From Nemertoderma westbladi (lineage: Eukaryota > Animalia > Xenacoelomorpha): a DNA stretch of 38,817 nt. The notes under the pieces are model-generated. The model had not been told where the DNA came from and did not search any database. It saw nothing but the letters and a program-made list of their open reading frames with translations. The stretch is from the NCBI GenBank assembly GCA_032718475.1, contig JAUCBJ010000110.1, positions 1 through 38,817 on the forward strand. The letters run 5' to 3'. The translations under genes and the position numbers were made by a program. Below are positions 21,933 to 32,911 of this stretch, piece by piece. Each line of letters starts with the position of its first letter. Position 1 is the first letter of the stretch.

Positions 21933-22750
21933 TGTGTCTATTTAACATTAAATAATAAAATTTACGGGAATAAATTTAAATTCAGATATTTCAATGAATT
22001 TAATAAATTGTCATTTTATACAATTTATAACATTCCCAAAATTCCATTAATTAATAGATCATGGGAGCGGAGATTCACTCTATTAAGTGTATTTGTGTGT
22101 GAGAATTTCCAATATATAGTCAATAGCCGATAAAATTCATAAAATCATATATAGAGAGGATATTGACAATTAAAGAATTACTATTAAATAGCATCCCAGA
22201 TCTGTATGCATGAGAATTACCCTAATTCTACCGCTAGCTTTCCATAATGTCACCATGGCAACAACCACGCTAGAATTAGAAGTGAGTTAAAGAACAATAG
22301 AAGGCTTGCCCCATTGAATAGCATAGGGAATAAATAGCGCACTGCTAGTATCCAAGGATACATAATAAATACAGTGACATTCTGGAAGGTACTGACTAAC
22401 GGACAAATGGCCCGAATGTGTGCGGTTTATGGCAGTTGTGTTGAATTTGTGCGTTTGTAGGTGAATGTTACTACTAAGGTGTGTTTACAGTAGCGAGTCG
22501 CAATTGTGAAAGTAGCCCTAACTCTCCAGTAAGAACCTGAAGTATATCTAAGCCTTTGGGACGGACGGTGGAGTGGCTCGTGCTGGTTGTTGTAGTCGTT
22601 GTGCAGCTACGACGTTGGCGATAGGCACATCGGCGAAAGTACACCAGCGCTGAGGATCTCGCACTGTCCGGGGGCAGAGAGGGGTAGGCAACGACGCCCG
22701 CTCGCCTAAATATAAACTCATTATAATATGGATAAACTTATATAGCAGAT

Positions 22751-24250
22751 ATGATTGAGTTGATAGAAGATGATCTTGGTATCAGGGAGCGATATACTCT
22801 ACCTTTGCAAGCGTTTGTTGATAGCTTGATACGCGGCGACGCTGGTCCAACTACTATGGAGGACGATGGTCGTTATATCTAACCGCCAATGTCCCGGGAG
22901 CAACTTGCGCGTGGGTTGGACTGTAGAAAATTCACCGCTCGCTATACGCATCGTAATGGTACGTATATGGACTTCTTAACTACTGGTCATCCTATCGACC
23001 TACACGATACGAACGATATAGACACCAAAAGGGAAATGGTTTATTTAAATATCATACCCAGCGGAAGCGGAACGATAAACTGAGACTCGAACACGAAAAT
23101 TCTATTCGAAACCGACTCGAAAGTGCAGATGTCGAAGAGCCGGATAAACGCAGCGACTTCACCAAATACCTGGAATTCTTGAGAGAAACCTATCTCGATA
23201 TTACCAGTCAACAGAATCTAGAAACTCGATATCCTCAAGGTATACATCATGACCGCATGGTAGAACTCAAACGGCTCTATTCCACTATGATGTATCTTAC
23301 CGCCGATCGACCGCTACCTGTTGTACCGGATAGCTTCGAACGGATGGAGGAATATTGTAAGCTGGAGAAAGATCACTCGCGTTTCCCCTACAAGACGTGC
23401 GTTTTTGGTATTATTGCGATGAATGTCCAAGACCCAACCAACAAACGGAAAGACATAAACATCCGCGGAGACGTTGCTTTAAACACGGTTTTACTCGCTA
23501 TATTTACGTGAGTTTCGAGCGAAACTTGTTCGATGTATCACCTACGCTCGTTCGACTCAGACGATCCTTAAATAAACCAATGATCAGAGTTTCGGAATAC
23601 TCGATCAGATCTCCTCATTCCCTAGTGAGACCTCAGACTCTTGATCCTATTAGTATGACGGATCCTCCCGAGCTGTATTCACTGTTCAAAGATCTAGTGT
23701 TACCCTAACAATTAATCGGTAACACTCCGGCAGTGAGCTCTAGTTAGCTGCCCATCTTACCTAGCCGTATTGGGACGCGGACACCTAATATCGCCATTCA
23801 ACCGTATAGTCGTCCCAGTTTAACGCGATACAACCCTTCATCAAGGTGGAGGAGAGCGTTGTACGAAACGAGTTAGACGCTATTCTACAAAGATCAGAAA
23901 AGGAACTTACGCTTGTTCAGATAAACGTAAATTGCACTAGCAAGTCCAAGCGGTAAACAAAGTAACTATATCTCAGTTCGATCGGGAAATCCAGAATCTC
24001 TAAGAAGTTATCGAACTTGGACGATCCTATTCTCTGCTAGAGTTTTTGGATGAACGTATCCAGCTACGAGCGGAGGAAAATCAGCTCGAGGAGAAGCATA
24101 TCGAAATGGCAGATACCTCGACCATAATCCTACACCTTCTGATGCAATCATATTGCACCCTTCACCCAGGAGTTATGGCCCTCCTAGTAAAGTGGCTCCC
24201 CCCAAAGAGAAAAGGACTCTTGCTAGACTCAAAAAACTGCGTAAACGCCG
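22751..24250 (+). pseudogene. Degenerate additional ORF (~500 codons, unknown function) between pol and the 3' LTR
   Basis: Track fragments 22889, 23179, 23397 and 24046 can be chained through several stops and frameshifts from MIELIEDDLGIRERY..; charged, coiled-coil-like C-terminal part. Confidence 0.6.
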
Positions 24251-24338
24251 TCTGCGTAAGAAAGACTAACTGTTTAGAGTATTCTTATATTTTAGAAACT
24301 GTGATTTGTTATATTTTATAGACTTAAATCCCATTTTC

Positions 24339-24347
24339 TGGGAGCGG
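24339..24347 (+). other. Short polypurine tract of BEL element 1
   Basis: TGGGAGCGG immediately 5' of the 3' LTR TGT. Confidence 0.7.
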
Positions 24348-25506
24348 TGTAAAGGCTTTTGCGTAATTAGCCGGTTATTTTCCCGTAAAGTACTCTGTAG
24401 TTGGTTTAACAGGCATAAAAGGCCGTGTCCTTACTGTACTGGTGTTTTAGAGGACATAAAAGCCATTTCTTCTGTATGTGTACTTTAGCGGACATGATTA
24501 GCAATTCTATGACGCAATACGCCGGATCCTCTTGAAACAGTGTAGCTACCATGACGACGGCTAACAGCTGATATTGCCACGTAGAACATCTCTTTGTTCT
24601 TTGTTCTCTCTTTGATCGGTCGACCAATCAGAGCGTTTTTTGCCTCTGTGTTAGATGGTAGATAGAAACTCTTGGAGTTGAGTCAGTATGTGATTTTTCC
24701 ACAGCCTACAACACCGGCGTGGAACCTCCGTGTTTCAGTCTTTAGCATCAACATTAGTAGGCTTAATTATAGAACGTATATCCGTTATCTTACTTACTGA
24801 TCATATCTCACTCAGTCACTCATAATCATTCATAACTTAACATTACTGCTTTGCTGTCGGTTATTCATTATATTTGTTGATGTAATATTATATTTGGAAT
24901 ACTGATAAACAATCAGACACTCCAATCTTCTTGATATACTAAAGGTTAGAGAGACCGGATACATATAACGATTGCGACTTACATTAAGTGGTTTGAAGTG
25001 AATCTAATGCTATTTTATAGGCCCTACACGTATTGTCTGTTGTTCTCCTTATATGTGACTAAAATTAGTGAAGGTCGGCAGATTAGTGTGCAGCATTGTG
25101 CAGTATTGTGTATGACTGTGATCGATAACGAAGCATCTCCTAAAGAATGCGCCATATACGTGAATCTATAGCCATCCCGTTGTGTCTAGTTTAAGTCATA
25201 ACTCTGTTTATATATTTAAACGCCACGTCCTAAAGGAACTGTTAATATTTCCCGAAAGTGAATAATATTGTCAGAGATTATATATATTAAGATCAGTCGA
25301 ATAATACAGTAGTAGGCCTATCCCGCAATACGATTAGGCTTCCGAATCCAGTCTCCCGGGTATATCCAGCGGGTGAATGATCGCGCATAGACTGGTTTCG
25401 GCTAATGTAGTGTATCAAATATTTGTCGTAGGCTAAAGACTATCTATTATCTAGAAGACATCCTAATTTGGCAGGTTAAACTGCTAAAGGTCTGAAAGCG
25501 CGAACA
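24348..25506 (+). repeat. 3' LTR of BEL element 1 (1159 bp, complete)
   Basis: TGTAAAGG...GCGCGAACA; contains CCAATC (~24624) and TCAGT initiator-like motifs in the 584 bp missing from the 5' LTR. Confidence 0.96.
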
Positions 25507-25530
25507 ATATTTATAATATAGCTGAAAGAG

Positions 25531-25956
25531 TCAAGAATCATCTTCATTGTCATCGGTTTCATCAGTGGTTACAAGGGTTTCTTTCGAAATAATAACTATA
25601 AACAAAGCCATAATTTCATAAGCATTTTTACGATCTAATTTGATCTCAAACTTTTTACATTTATTGCTCGCTATATTACCGCTATATTGACTAATAACAA
25701 TAAAGTTATCTGACATTGATAAAATTGTGAATTTATCTAAATCATCTTCTTCTTTGTAATCTAAAAGGTAATTAGTAGAATCTACCTCACCAAAAATATC
25801 AATAGAACATAGTTCTTTTCTTGCATGTTCAGAAATATCTATTTTAAAATTAGGTTGTGAAGGACAATAAATAGTGTTACCAATAACAATACAAGTAAGA
25901 TTATCTACAGTATTAAATGTATGTCTTATTACAGGCGTGGGTGTATCAGAAGACAT
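25531..25956 (-). CDS. Orphan AT-rich intronless ORF, 141 aa, acidic C-terminus
   Basis: Open frame from ATG (MSSDTPTPVIRHTF..DETDDNEDDS) in very AT-rich DNA; directly upstream of the RING pseudogene once the BEL insertion is removed. No family recognised. Confidence 0.55.
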   Translation of the reverse strand: MSSDTPTPVIRHTFNTVDNLTCIVIGNTIYCPSQPNFKIDISEHARKELCSIDIFGEVDSTNYLLDYKEEDDLDKFTILSMSDNFIVISQYSGNIASNKCKKFEIKLDRKNAYEIMALFIVIISKETLVTTDETDDNEDDS

Positions 25957-26299
25957 TATTATTATTATTATTTTATGTAATAACAATTAAATAACAGCGA
26001 CAAGACAGATAAATAAATATTAATAATATTTTTTCTATTCCATTCATATATTTATATAGATCATTTTATATATACAACCAATCAACTAAGAAAACGTGTC
26101 ACAAGTAACCAATAGAAAGTAAATAATAACAGTAAATGAAGCAAAATAGAGCAGGCTACGGTATAACACGGATATTTATCGTCTTTTTCTCTCGAGGTTG
26201 GATGGAAGAGTGAGTGGTGAATTGTAGCGAATCATGACGGTCCCATGTTCAAACCCGGTTGAATATTTTGTTATCTGAAAAATTGCAAAATGAAATTTA

Positions 26300-26630
26300 G
26301 TTACTGGTGAAAAATTACAGGTAGAAAGACACCTGAAATAAAAGATATGAAAATAGTGGTTGTTGAAAAATAGCGATTTGAAAAATAGTAGAAGTTACCT
26401 GTAGACACCCCTAGCACCTGTAAAATAAAGGTTGGTGAATATGAAAATACTGGTTGGTGAAAAATAGCGATTTGAAAAATAATAGAAGTTACCTATAGAC
26501 ACCTCGAGCACCTGTAAAATAAAGGCTGGTGAATATGAAAATACTGGTTGGTGAAAAATAGCGATTTGAAAAATAGTAGAAGTTACCTGACGTTAAGTGT
26601 AGACACCCTAGCACCTGTAAAATAAAGGCT
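26300..26630. repeat. ~94-bp tandem repeat, about 3.5 copies
   Basis: TAGCGATTTGAAAAATA(G/A)TAGAAGTTACCT at 26371, 26465 and 26559. Confidence 0.9.
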
Positions 26631-26824
26631 CATGATTGGATGCAGTACTAGCGTTGGGTCACTAGTAATGCCTCTAGCGGAATAAGCGGGAACTTGAGAA
26701 GTTACCATGGTTAAGTTTGAAATGCTGGTATCTGATTGGATGAAATAATAACGACCACTGCTAATGGTTGAAATGGTGGCTTCTGATTGGATGCAGTGCT
26801 AGAAATGGATGATAATACTGGACT

Positions 26825-28383
26825 ATGGGTGACCTTGATGCGAGGGACTATCTTCCTATACTACTGGCGAGAAAGGTGAACAAGCGTAGAGAGCGGGAGG
26901 CGAGGGAGGCAGAATTAGCCGATCAGAGTATCAGAGAGGATAGAGAAAGAGAGAGGGCAGGTAAACGTATGTGGGATGATATGCATACCCGGTTGAGGGG
27001 GTTAATGCAATATCAGGCGAGACAGAAACGCCGATTAGAACTGGCAAAAATGGGTTTATCAGAGAGCAAGGCTGGTTCGGGGAGTATTTATGAGGAACCA
27101 GGGGTGATGGAAACCTTTGTTAATACCCCACTTACAGGTACCGGACGACAGACCCAAGACTGGGGGAATAAGTTTAACGAGAACCTTAATATTAATAGTA
27201 CCGTAATAGATAACCCTAATACTAACGAAACTTTCTTTGCAGGAGATAATATTTTACTCGGTAATAATTCTAATATTGGTGCATAAAAAATAATTTAAAT
27301 AATAATATAAATATTTGTGAACAAAATAATTTAAATAATAATCCAGATATTAATCAAAATAATCTAAATAATAACGTAACAAATCAACAGGGCGAGGCTA
27401 ATGGTGGTACAATCAATATAAACGTAGGGGGCACAGGCAATTTGCCTTGTGAGGGCCTACAAGTAAATGAGCCCGGTGAGGATAGAACTAACGTGTCGAC
27501 TGTAGATGAACATGGACATGGGGGCGAAATAAGAAGTGGCGAGTGGGGGGGGGGGGGCTCTGGGCACCCCACCACAACCAATTAATGACGAGAGGGGGGG
27601 GGGGGGGCAGAAAACCGCCCCACGAGCGTCAGCAGATAATGCGCGTGGTGAGTTAAGAGAACCGTGGCACCCGACGACGGAGGAAAGGGGGGGGGGGGGG
27701 GGGCAGCAAACGCCCCACGAGCGTCGGCAGATAATGCGCGTGGTGAGTTAAGTGAGCCATGGCACCCGATGATGGAGGAAAGGGGGGGGGGGGGGGGGGG
27801 GGGCAGTGAACGAGGACTAATAATAGGAGGACTGCGAATATCCGCGGGGCTGTCCAACTGGGCAGAGGGAGGGACGTTGGTGCCTTAAGCGGCCAAATGA
27901 GGACACATCGAGCCCACTCGGAAGAAGAACAGTGGAGTTCATCCGGGAGGTCGAAACGAGATCTCGTGAAGGAGGACTTTACGCTGAAATCAAAAGAAGT
28001 GAGGAGGGACGAGGAAGTGTTGCTACGGGCAACCAGAGAGAAAGGACGGACAGTGAACCGTCGATAGTCGAAGTGGAGGGAGAGAGCCGGTGGGGTCGTA
28101 CTCCGGGACATTGCCATCGCCCCGGAGAAACGCAACCTGGCAAAGTATACCACGCACTGGGAGAGGGGTACAGAGTGTACCGGTACGAGGAAGAAGACAG
28201 GAGAGGGGATCGGAGGGAAACATTCCCAGGGTGACATTCCCCCATTACAGTATCCGCAATATACGCAACCAAAAACAAGAACCCCGACAACCCCCTCAGA
28301 CCCAAACAAATCGTGCGATACAGAGATATGGAGGGGACCCCTACCCCCGATGACATATCCCACTCAGGGAAGGTCGATGGGCC
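26825..28383 (+). pseudogene. gag: Probable N-terminal Gag region of BEL element 2 (fragmented)
   Basis: 153-aa charged ORF followed by frame-broken low-complexity coding-like sequence that is contiguous, across the Gypsy TSD, with the Gag core at 32912. Confidence 0.55.
27546..27803. repeat. ~95-bp tandem repeat with long poly-G tracts
   Basis: G-run + CAG..CGCCCCACGAGCGTC(A/G)GCAGATAATGCGCGTGGTGAGTTAAG twice; four G runs of roughly 13-22 nt. Confidence 0.9.
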
Positions 28384-28542
28384 TGTGGGGGATGTAAATG
28401 CCACATATAAATAACTAACGTACTAGTGAGCTATTTTATTATTGTTAAACATTGTTGTGTTTTATATGTTCTAGAATACGTAATAGTCAAGGAAACGAGT
28501 TAAGTGTCCGAACGATAGGTAAGCCATCGAGTGGACGCTACA
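28384..28542 (-). repeat. Gypsy 3' LTR (159 bp)
   Basis: Two mismatches by eye versus 32749-32907; preceded on the minus strand by the PPT GGGGGGGAGTGA. Confidence 0.97.
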
Positions 28543-28617
28543 TCACTCCCCCCCAGTGAGGGCACGAAAGTTTATGTTCATTGATGTGTTCTAGTTGAGA
28601 ATTAACAGTGAGTCGAA

Positions 28618-31600
28618 TTACAAGATCAAACGAGTTGGAGGTTTACTTAATCTTCCACTTCTGGTTCGGCACATGGGGGGTATGTACGACATGGGGTCGG
28701 GTTCTGGTTCCAATGAGTAGTCAACAAGAGGAGGTGATCCCATCGCTTGTGTTGTAGAAGAGCGCATTGTTGTTGGTGATGCTCGTTGTGTTGTCGATGG
28801 AACCAATCGTTGGGTTGTCGTGCTTGCGCAACCAGTGTCAGTGTATGCAGTTTTTAACCGGTCTATAGATACGTTTACAGCTTTACCATTGCAGTCTATT
28901 GTGTAATGCTTGGCGTTGACCCCAAGAATGCGGTGGGGGACAGTGTAGGGTTGCTGAAGTGGGTGTTTGTGGCTGTCGACTCGTATATAAACGAAACCAG
29001 TTGATGCTAAGTTCTCTGGAACTGATGCTGCACGTTGGCCGTGGTAATTAGTTTGGGGAGGCTTTGCTAAGCGCATGGCATCTTGTAGACCGCTTAAGAA
29101 ACTTGGTTGGAGGTCTGAGTTCCTATCAGTCTTGAAGAATTCACCTGGAATGTGTAGGGAAGTCCCATATACTAAATCAGCTGGAGAACAGTCTGCGTCT
29201 TCCTTCCAGGCTGTGCGGATGCCGAGCATAACCATGGGTAGGTGGTCCATCCAGTTGGGTCCTGTCATGCGCGCCTTAAGTGACGCCTTTAGTTGACGGT
29301 GAAATCGTTCAACCATACCGTTGGCTTGTGGGTGATATGCGGTAGTGTTGTTGGCTGATACTCCCAAGAGACGTTGTAACTCGGTCCAAAGGTGTGATGT
29401 GAACTGTGGGCCTCTGTCGGATGTGAGGTCCCCTGGGATACCGAACCGTGCCACCCATGTTCGTAGAAAGCCACGAATGCAAGTTTCAGTTGTGGAGTCT
29501 GGAATTGGAATAGCTTCTGGCCACCTGGTATAGCGATCTACTATTGTAAACAGGTAGCACATTTTCTCAGAGATGGGAAGGGGCCCCACAAGGTCTACAT
29601 GAAGAGATCCAAAGCGCCGTTCCGGTGGGGGGCGGGATTCTAAGGGGGTGTGTATGTGTTGGCTGACCTTAGAGACTTGACACGGGTGACAGGAGCGACA
29701 CCAGTTGCGGATATCTGATTTCATCCCATGCCAAACAAATCGTTTCGCTATTGCACGGTATGTGGGACGGTAACCAGTGTGAGAAAGGCCATGGATAGCC
29801 TCAAATATTCGTTTTGTCCAATTGGCAGGTATGACTGGTCTGGCCTTTCCAGTGGCAGTGTCACATAAGATAGAGTAGCCATTATAGGCAAGGTCTTCGA
29901 GATTGAGTGAAGTGACAGCAGTGCTTGTGCGATAAGCTTCGATTTCTTTGGATGTAGCCTGGTCTGAAGCCAACTGTGCGTATTCGATTGTAGGAGTTAG
30001 AATAGCTGACACTGTTGTACCTGATCTGGTGTTGGGCTCATTGGACTCAACAGGGGCACGTGATAGTGTGTCTGCTACCACATTGGAGGTTCCCTTAATG
30101 TGTTGGACATCTGTAGTGAACTCGGCAATGAAGGAAAGGTGGCGAGTTTGGCGGGGGGTGCGATCGGCGGTGCCAGTCATTGCAGCAACTAAGGGCTTAT
30201 GGTCTGTAAACAATGTAAATTGCCGTCCTTCGATATAGTTCCGGAAATGTTTGATTCCTAAGTAGGCAGCAAGCAGTTCCCTGTCGAAGGCAGAGTACTT
30301 CTTCTCAGCGTTGGTTAGCTTCTTAGAAAAGAAGGCCAATGGGCGCCAAACATTGTTATCGAGCTGATCTAGTGAACCACCTACTGCCATGTCCGAGGCA
30401 TCAACGGATACCGAATACTTAAAGCTAGGATTGGGATGGTGTAGCATAGCTGCATTGGCAAGGGCAGATTTAGCTTCCTCGAATGATGATTGACATGCTT
30501 CAGTCCAGATAATGGGTCTGCCTTTCCCTTTAGTTGCGTTGTGAAGTGGGTGGAGGCGGGCAGCGAGGTTGGGCATAAACCGGTGGTAATAATTGATCAT
30601 GCCTAAGAATCTTTGCAGCTGATGTTTGTCAACGGGTACAGGGAAATTAGTAACAGCTTCAACACGTTCAGGTAGGGGGGTGATGCCAGTTGAAGTGACT
30701 TTATGGCCCAGGAAGGTGAGCTCATTGACACCGAATACACATTTGGGGCGCTGGATGACCATGCCGTTGCGGGACAGTGCCGAGAAAACCTCTCTCAAGT
30801 GAGAAGCATGTTCAGTGCGGTTGCTACTAGCTACCAGGATGTCATCCACATATATGAATATACATGGAATCCCTCGAAGGATGGTATCCATCAGCCGTTG
30901 AAACGATTGAGCCGCATTCTTCAGACCAAAGGGCATTCGAAGAAATTCCCACAAGCCAAATGGGGTGATAATGGCTGTCTTACAAATATCGGCTTCAGTC
31001 ATAGGGATTTGATGGTAGCCTTTCGCCAAGTCAATCTTTGAGAATATAGTTTTCCCATTCAGATTGGTGTTGAAGTCACCGATATGTGGTATCGGGTATT
31101 TGTCATCTTTTGTGGCTGCATTGAGGCGTCGGTAATCACCACATGGGCGCCAACCACCATCAGGTTTGGGTACAACATGTAGTGGTGTGGCCCAAGCAGA
31201 ATTGCTGCGACGGATGATTCCCAAGTCTTCCATTTTCTTAAATTCAGCTTGGGCTACCTCCAGCTGGTCGGCATGAAGACGTCTCGCGTGGGCGAAAATG
31301 GGTGGGCCATTAGTGGGGAGGTGGTGTTCAACACCATGTAAGTTTGGAGCAGAGGCATGGAAACGTGGGATTAGGAGTTCAGGGAACTCATCGAGGATGG
31401 AAGCGAGGTTGACATCATCCTCTCTGGGTTTATGGAGCCCATTGATGTTTCCTATCACTGATGTTGATCCTGCCGGTATTGTAGCGTATGTCTCTAGGTC
31501 AATTAAACGCCGATTGGCCATATCGATGGCCAGATTATTAGCTATGAAGAAATCTGCACCAAGGATTGGTTGTTGTACATCAGCAATGTTGAAACGTTGG

Positions 31601-31869
31601 ACGAAGGTTTGGTTGCCCAGTTCGAGGGCAATTGTTGTCGTCCCCCATGCTGAGATGCGTGAGCCATTAGCAGCAATGAGAGGTGTAGTTTGAGTACGTG
31701 AATGATCGAGTCTTGATGCTGGGATGACGGACTCATCGGCACCGCAGTCGACAAGAAACTGACGTCCGGTCTTGCGGTCCCAGACTGTCATAGTTTTCAT
31801 GCCATCTTTCTGTTTGGGTTTGTTGCCGACGGCCTGGACGGCTACTGGGCGTCGGCAGTGGCGTTTCCC
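28618..31869 (-). CDS. pol: Gypsy Pol (protease, RT, RNase H, integrase), expressed by -1 frameshift
   Basis: [13 protein letters not shown]; [26 protein letters not shown]; [20 protein letters not shown]; [31 protein letters not shown]; C-terminal RTRSGR..KPP. Frame intact. Confidence 0.97.
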   Translation of the reverse strand, partial: GKRHCRRPVAVQAVGNKPKQKDGMKTMTVWDRKTGRQFLVDCGADESVIPASRLDHSRTQTTPLIAANGSRISAWGTTTIALELGNQTFVQRFNIADVQQPILGADFFIANNLAIDMANRRLIDLETYATIPAGSTSVIGNINGLHKPREDDVNLASILDEFPELLIPRFHASAPNLHGVEHHLPTNGPPIFAHARRLHADQLEVAQAEFKKMEDLGIIRRSNSAWATPLHVVPKPDGGWRPCGDYRRLNAATKDDKYPIPHIGDFNTNLNGKTIFSKIDLAKGYHQIPMTEADICKTAIITPFGLWEFLRMPFGLKNAAQSFQRLMDTILRGIPCIFIYVDDILVASSNRTEHASHLREVFSALSRNGMVIQRPKCVFGVNELTFLGHKVTSTGITPLPERVEAVTNFPVPVDKHQLQRFLGMINYYHRFMPNLAARLHPLHNATKGKGRPIIWTEACQSSFEEAKSALANAAMLHHPNPSFKYSVSVDASDMAVGGSLDQLDNNVWRPLAFFSKKLTNAEKKYSAFDRELLAAYLGIKHFRNYIEGRQFTLFTDHKPLVAAMTGTADRTPRQTRHLSFIAEFTTDVQHIKGTSNVVADTLSRAPVESNEPNTRSGTTVSAILTPTIEYAQLASDQATSKEIEAYRTSTAVTSLNLEDLAYNGYSILCDTATGKARPVIPANWTKRIFEAIHGLSHTGYRPTYRAIAKRFVWHGMKSDIRNWCRSCHPCQVSKVSQHIHTPLESRPPPERRFGSLHVDLVGPLPISEKMCYLFTIVDRYTRWPEAIPIPDSTTETCIRGFLRTWVARFGIPGDLTSDRGPQFTSHLWTELQRLLGVSANNTTAYHPQANGMVERFHRQLKASLKARMTGPNWMDHLPMVMLGIRTAWKEDADCSPADLVYGTSLHIPGEFFKTDRNSDLQPSFLSGLQDAMRLAKPPQTNYHGQRAASVPENLASTGFVYIRVDSHKHPLQQPYTVPHRILGVNAKHYTIDCNGKAVNVSIDRLKTAYTDTGCASTTTQRLVPSTTQRASPTTMRSSTTQAMGSPPLVDYSLEPEPDPMSYIPPMCRTRSGRLSKPPTRLIL
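31825..31869 (-). promoter_or_regulatory. -1 programmed ribosomal frameshift signal
   Basis: Slippery heptamer GGGAAAC (31869-31863), 5-nt spacer, then an 8-bp stem TGCCGACG...CGTCGGCA, within the gag/pol overlap. Confidence 0.85.
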
Positions 31870-32709
31870 GAAGGTCTGGGTACTGTGATGTGTGCCATGT
31901 CGCAAGTGGAACCAGGGAGCATAGTGCAGCAAGCCCAGGTATGCGTGCCATAACGCTGGTGATTGGCGCAGCGAGTGGTGGATCGGCGGTTTACACGAGG
32001 TAGTTGAGTGGGAGGTGCATTCCTTTGGCTCTGACGCTGTTGGGTGCGTTTCTGTTGTCTACCTATGGCATCAACTTCTACTGCAGCTATACCACGATAA
32101 TGAGTTGGACCTTGGGCCTCTATGATAGAGTCAGCGGCAAATGCAAGATCTTCAATGTCTGTAGGAGGGTCTCTGGCCAGGGCTATGCGGACTGTTTCAG
32201 GTAGATGTTGTAGGAATAGACTACGGAATGTATACCCCCTGTAGGTGTCAGCAGGAACTAAGGTAGCCATGTATCGTAGTAGAGAAGATGGGTGGCGATC
32301 ACCCAGGCCATTGATTGCTAGTAACTTGGCTCCCTTTTTGTTGTTCTGTAAGCCCATAAGTTTTGAGGAGTATAGTTTTCAGAGCTTCATATCTGTTAGC
32401 TTCTGGTGGGTTCAAGATGAATGCACCAATTTCAGTTGCTACGGTGTTATCAAGGGCCTGGATTACATAGTTGTATTTAGTGAGGTCTGCCGTAATTCCT
32501 TTTAAATCTAACTGAGCTTCCACTTGTTTGAACCAAACCTCGGGTTGCGCGGTCCAGAAAGAAGGGAGTTTCACAGCGACTGTTGATATGGCAGGAGCAG
32601 CATTGACCAGTGGATTTCCGAGTTGAAGGGCGTGGAGTTCATGTGCCAAACGTCCATAGTCGAATGCACCGGCTGCCGCCTCATTAATGTTATCAGGCAA
32701 ATTGTTCAT
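31842..32709 (-). pseudogene. gag: Gypsy Gag with a single +1 frameshift near 32335
   Basis: VAVKLPSFWTAQPEVWFKQVEAQ..YGLTEQQKG continues as AKLLAINGLGDRHPSSLL in another frame (extra A in CAAAAAGGG); [10 protein letters not shown] motif. Confidence 0.9.
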
Positions 32710-32732
32710 TATTAAGCTAGGTAATTAATCTA

Positions 32733-32747
32733 ACGTCCGGGTCACCA
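32733..32747 (-). promoter_or_regulatory. Primer-binding site complementary to tRNA-Trp
   Basis: TGGTGACCCGGACGT one nt after the 5' LTR; one mismatch to the tRNA-Trp 3'-end complement TGGTGACCCCGACGT. Confidence 0.85.
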
Positions 32748-32748
32748 A

Positions 32749-32907
32749 TGTGGGGGATGTAAATGCCACATATAAATAACTAACGTACTAGTGAGCTATT
32801 TTATTATTGTTAAACATTGTTGTGTTTTATATGTTCTAGAATACGTAATACTCAAGGAAACGAGTTAAGTGTCCGAACGATAGGTATGCCATCGAGTGGA
32901 CGCTACA
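32749..32907 (-). repeat. Gypsy 5' LTR (159 bp)
   Basis: Direct repeat of 28384-28542. Confidence 0.97.
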
Positions 32908-32911
32908 GGCC

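Larger units (their letters stand above)
8773..25506 (+). mobile_element. Full-length BEL/Pao LTR retrotransposon (16.7 kb)
   Basis: TGT...ACA termini, two LTRs, perfect 5-bp TSD ATATT (8768-8772, 25507-25511), Gag-PR-RT-RH-IN domain order with BEL-type motifs. Confidence 0.97.
28384..32907 (-). mobile_element. Ty3/Gypsy LTR retrotransposon, CsRn1/Kabuki/Boudicca-like clade (4524 bp)
   Basis: 159-bp LTRs, TG...CA termini, 4-bp TSD GGCC (28380-28383, 32908-32911), tRNA-Trp PBS, CHCC Gag motif, PR-RT-RH-IN order. Confidence 0.97.

Noticed and set aside
26200-26262. tRNA-like A/B boxes (GAGTGGT..GTTCAAACCC)
   Set aside because: No cloverleaf can be drawn; at most a highly decayed SINE head.
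27582-28404. Pro-rich minus-strand ORFs
   Set aside because: Products of the poly-G tracts and antisense to the gag remnant.
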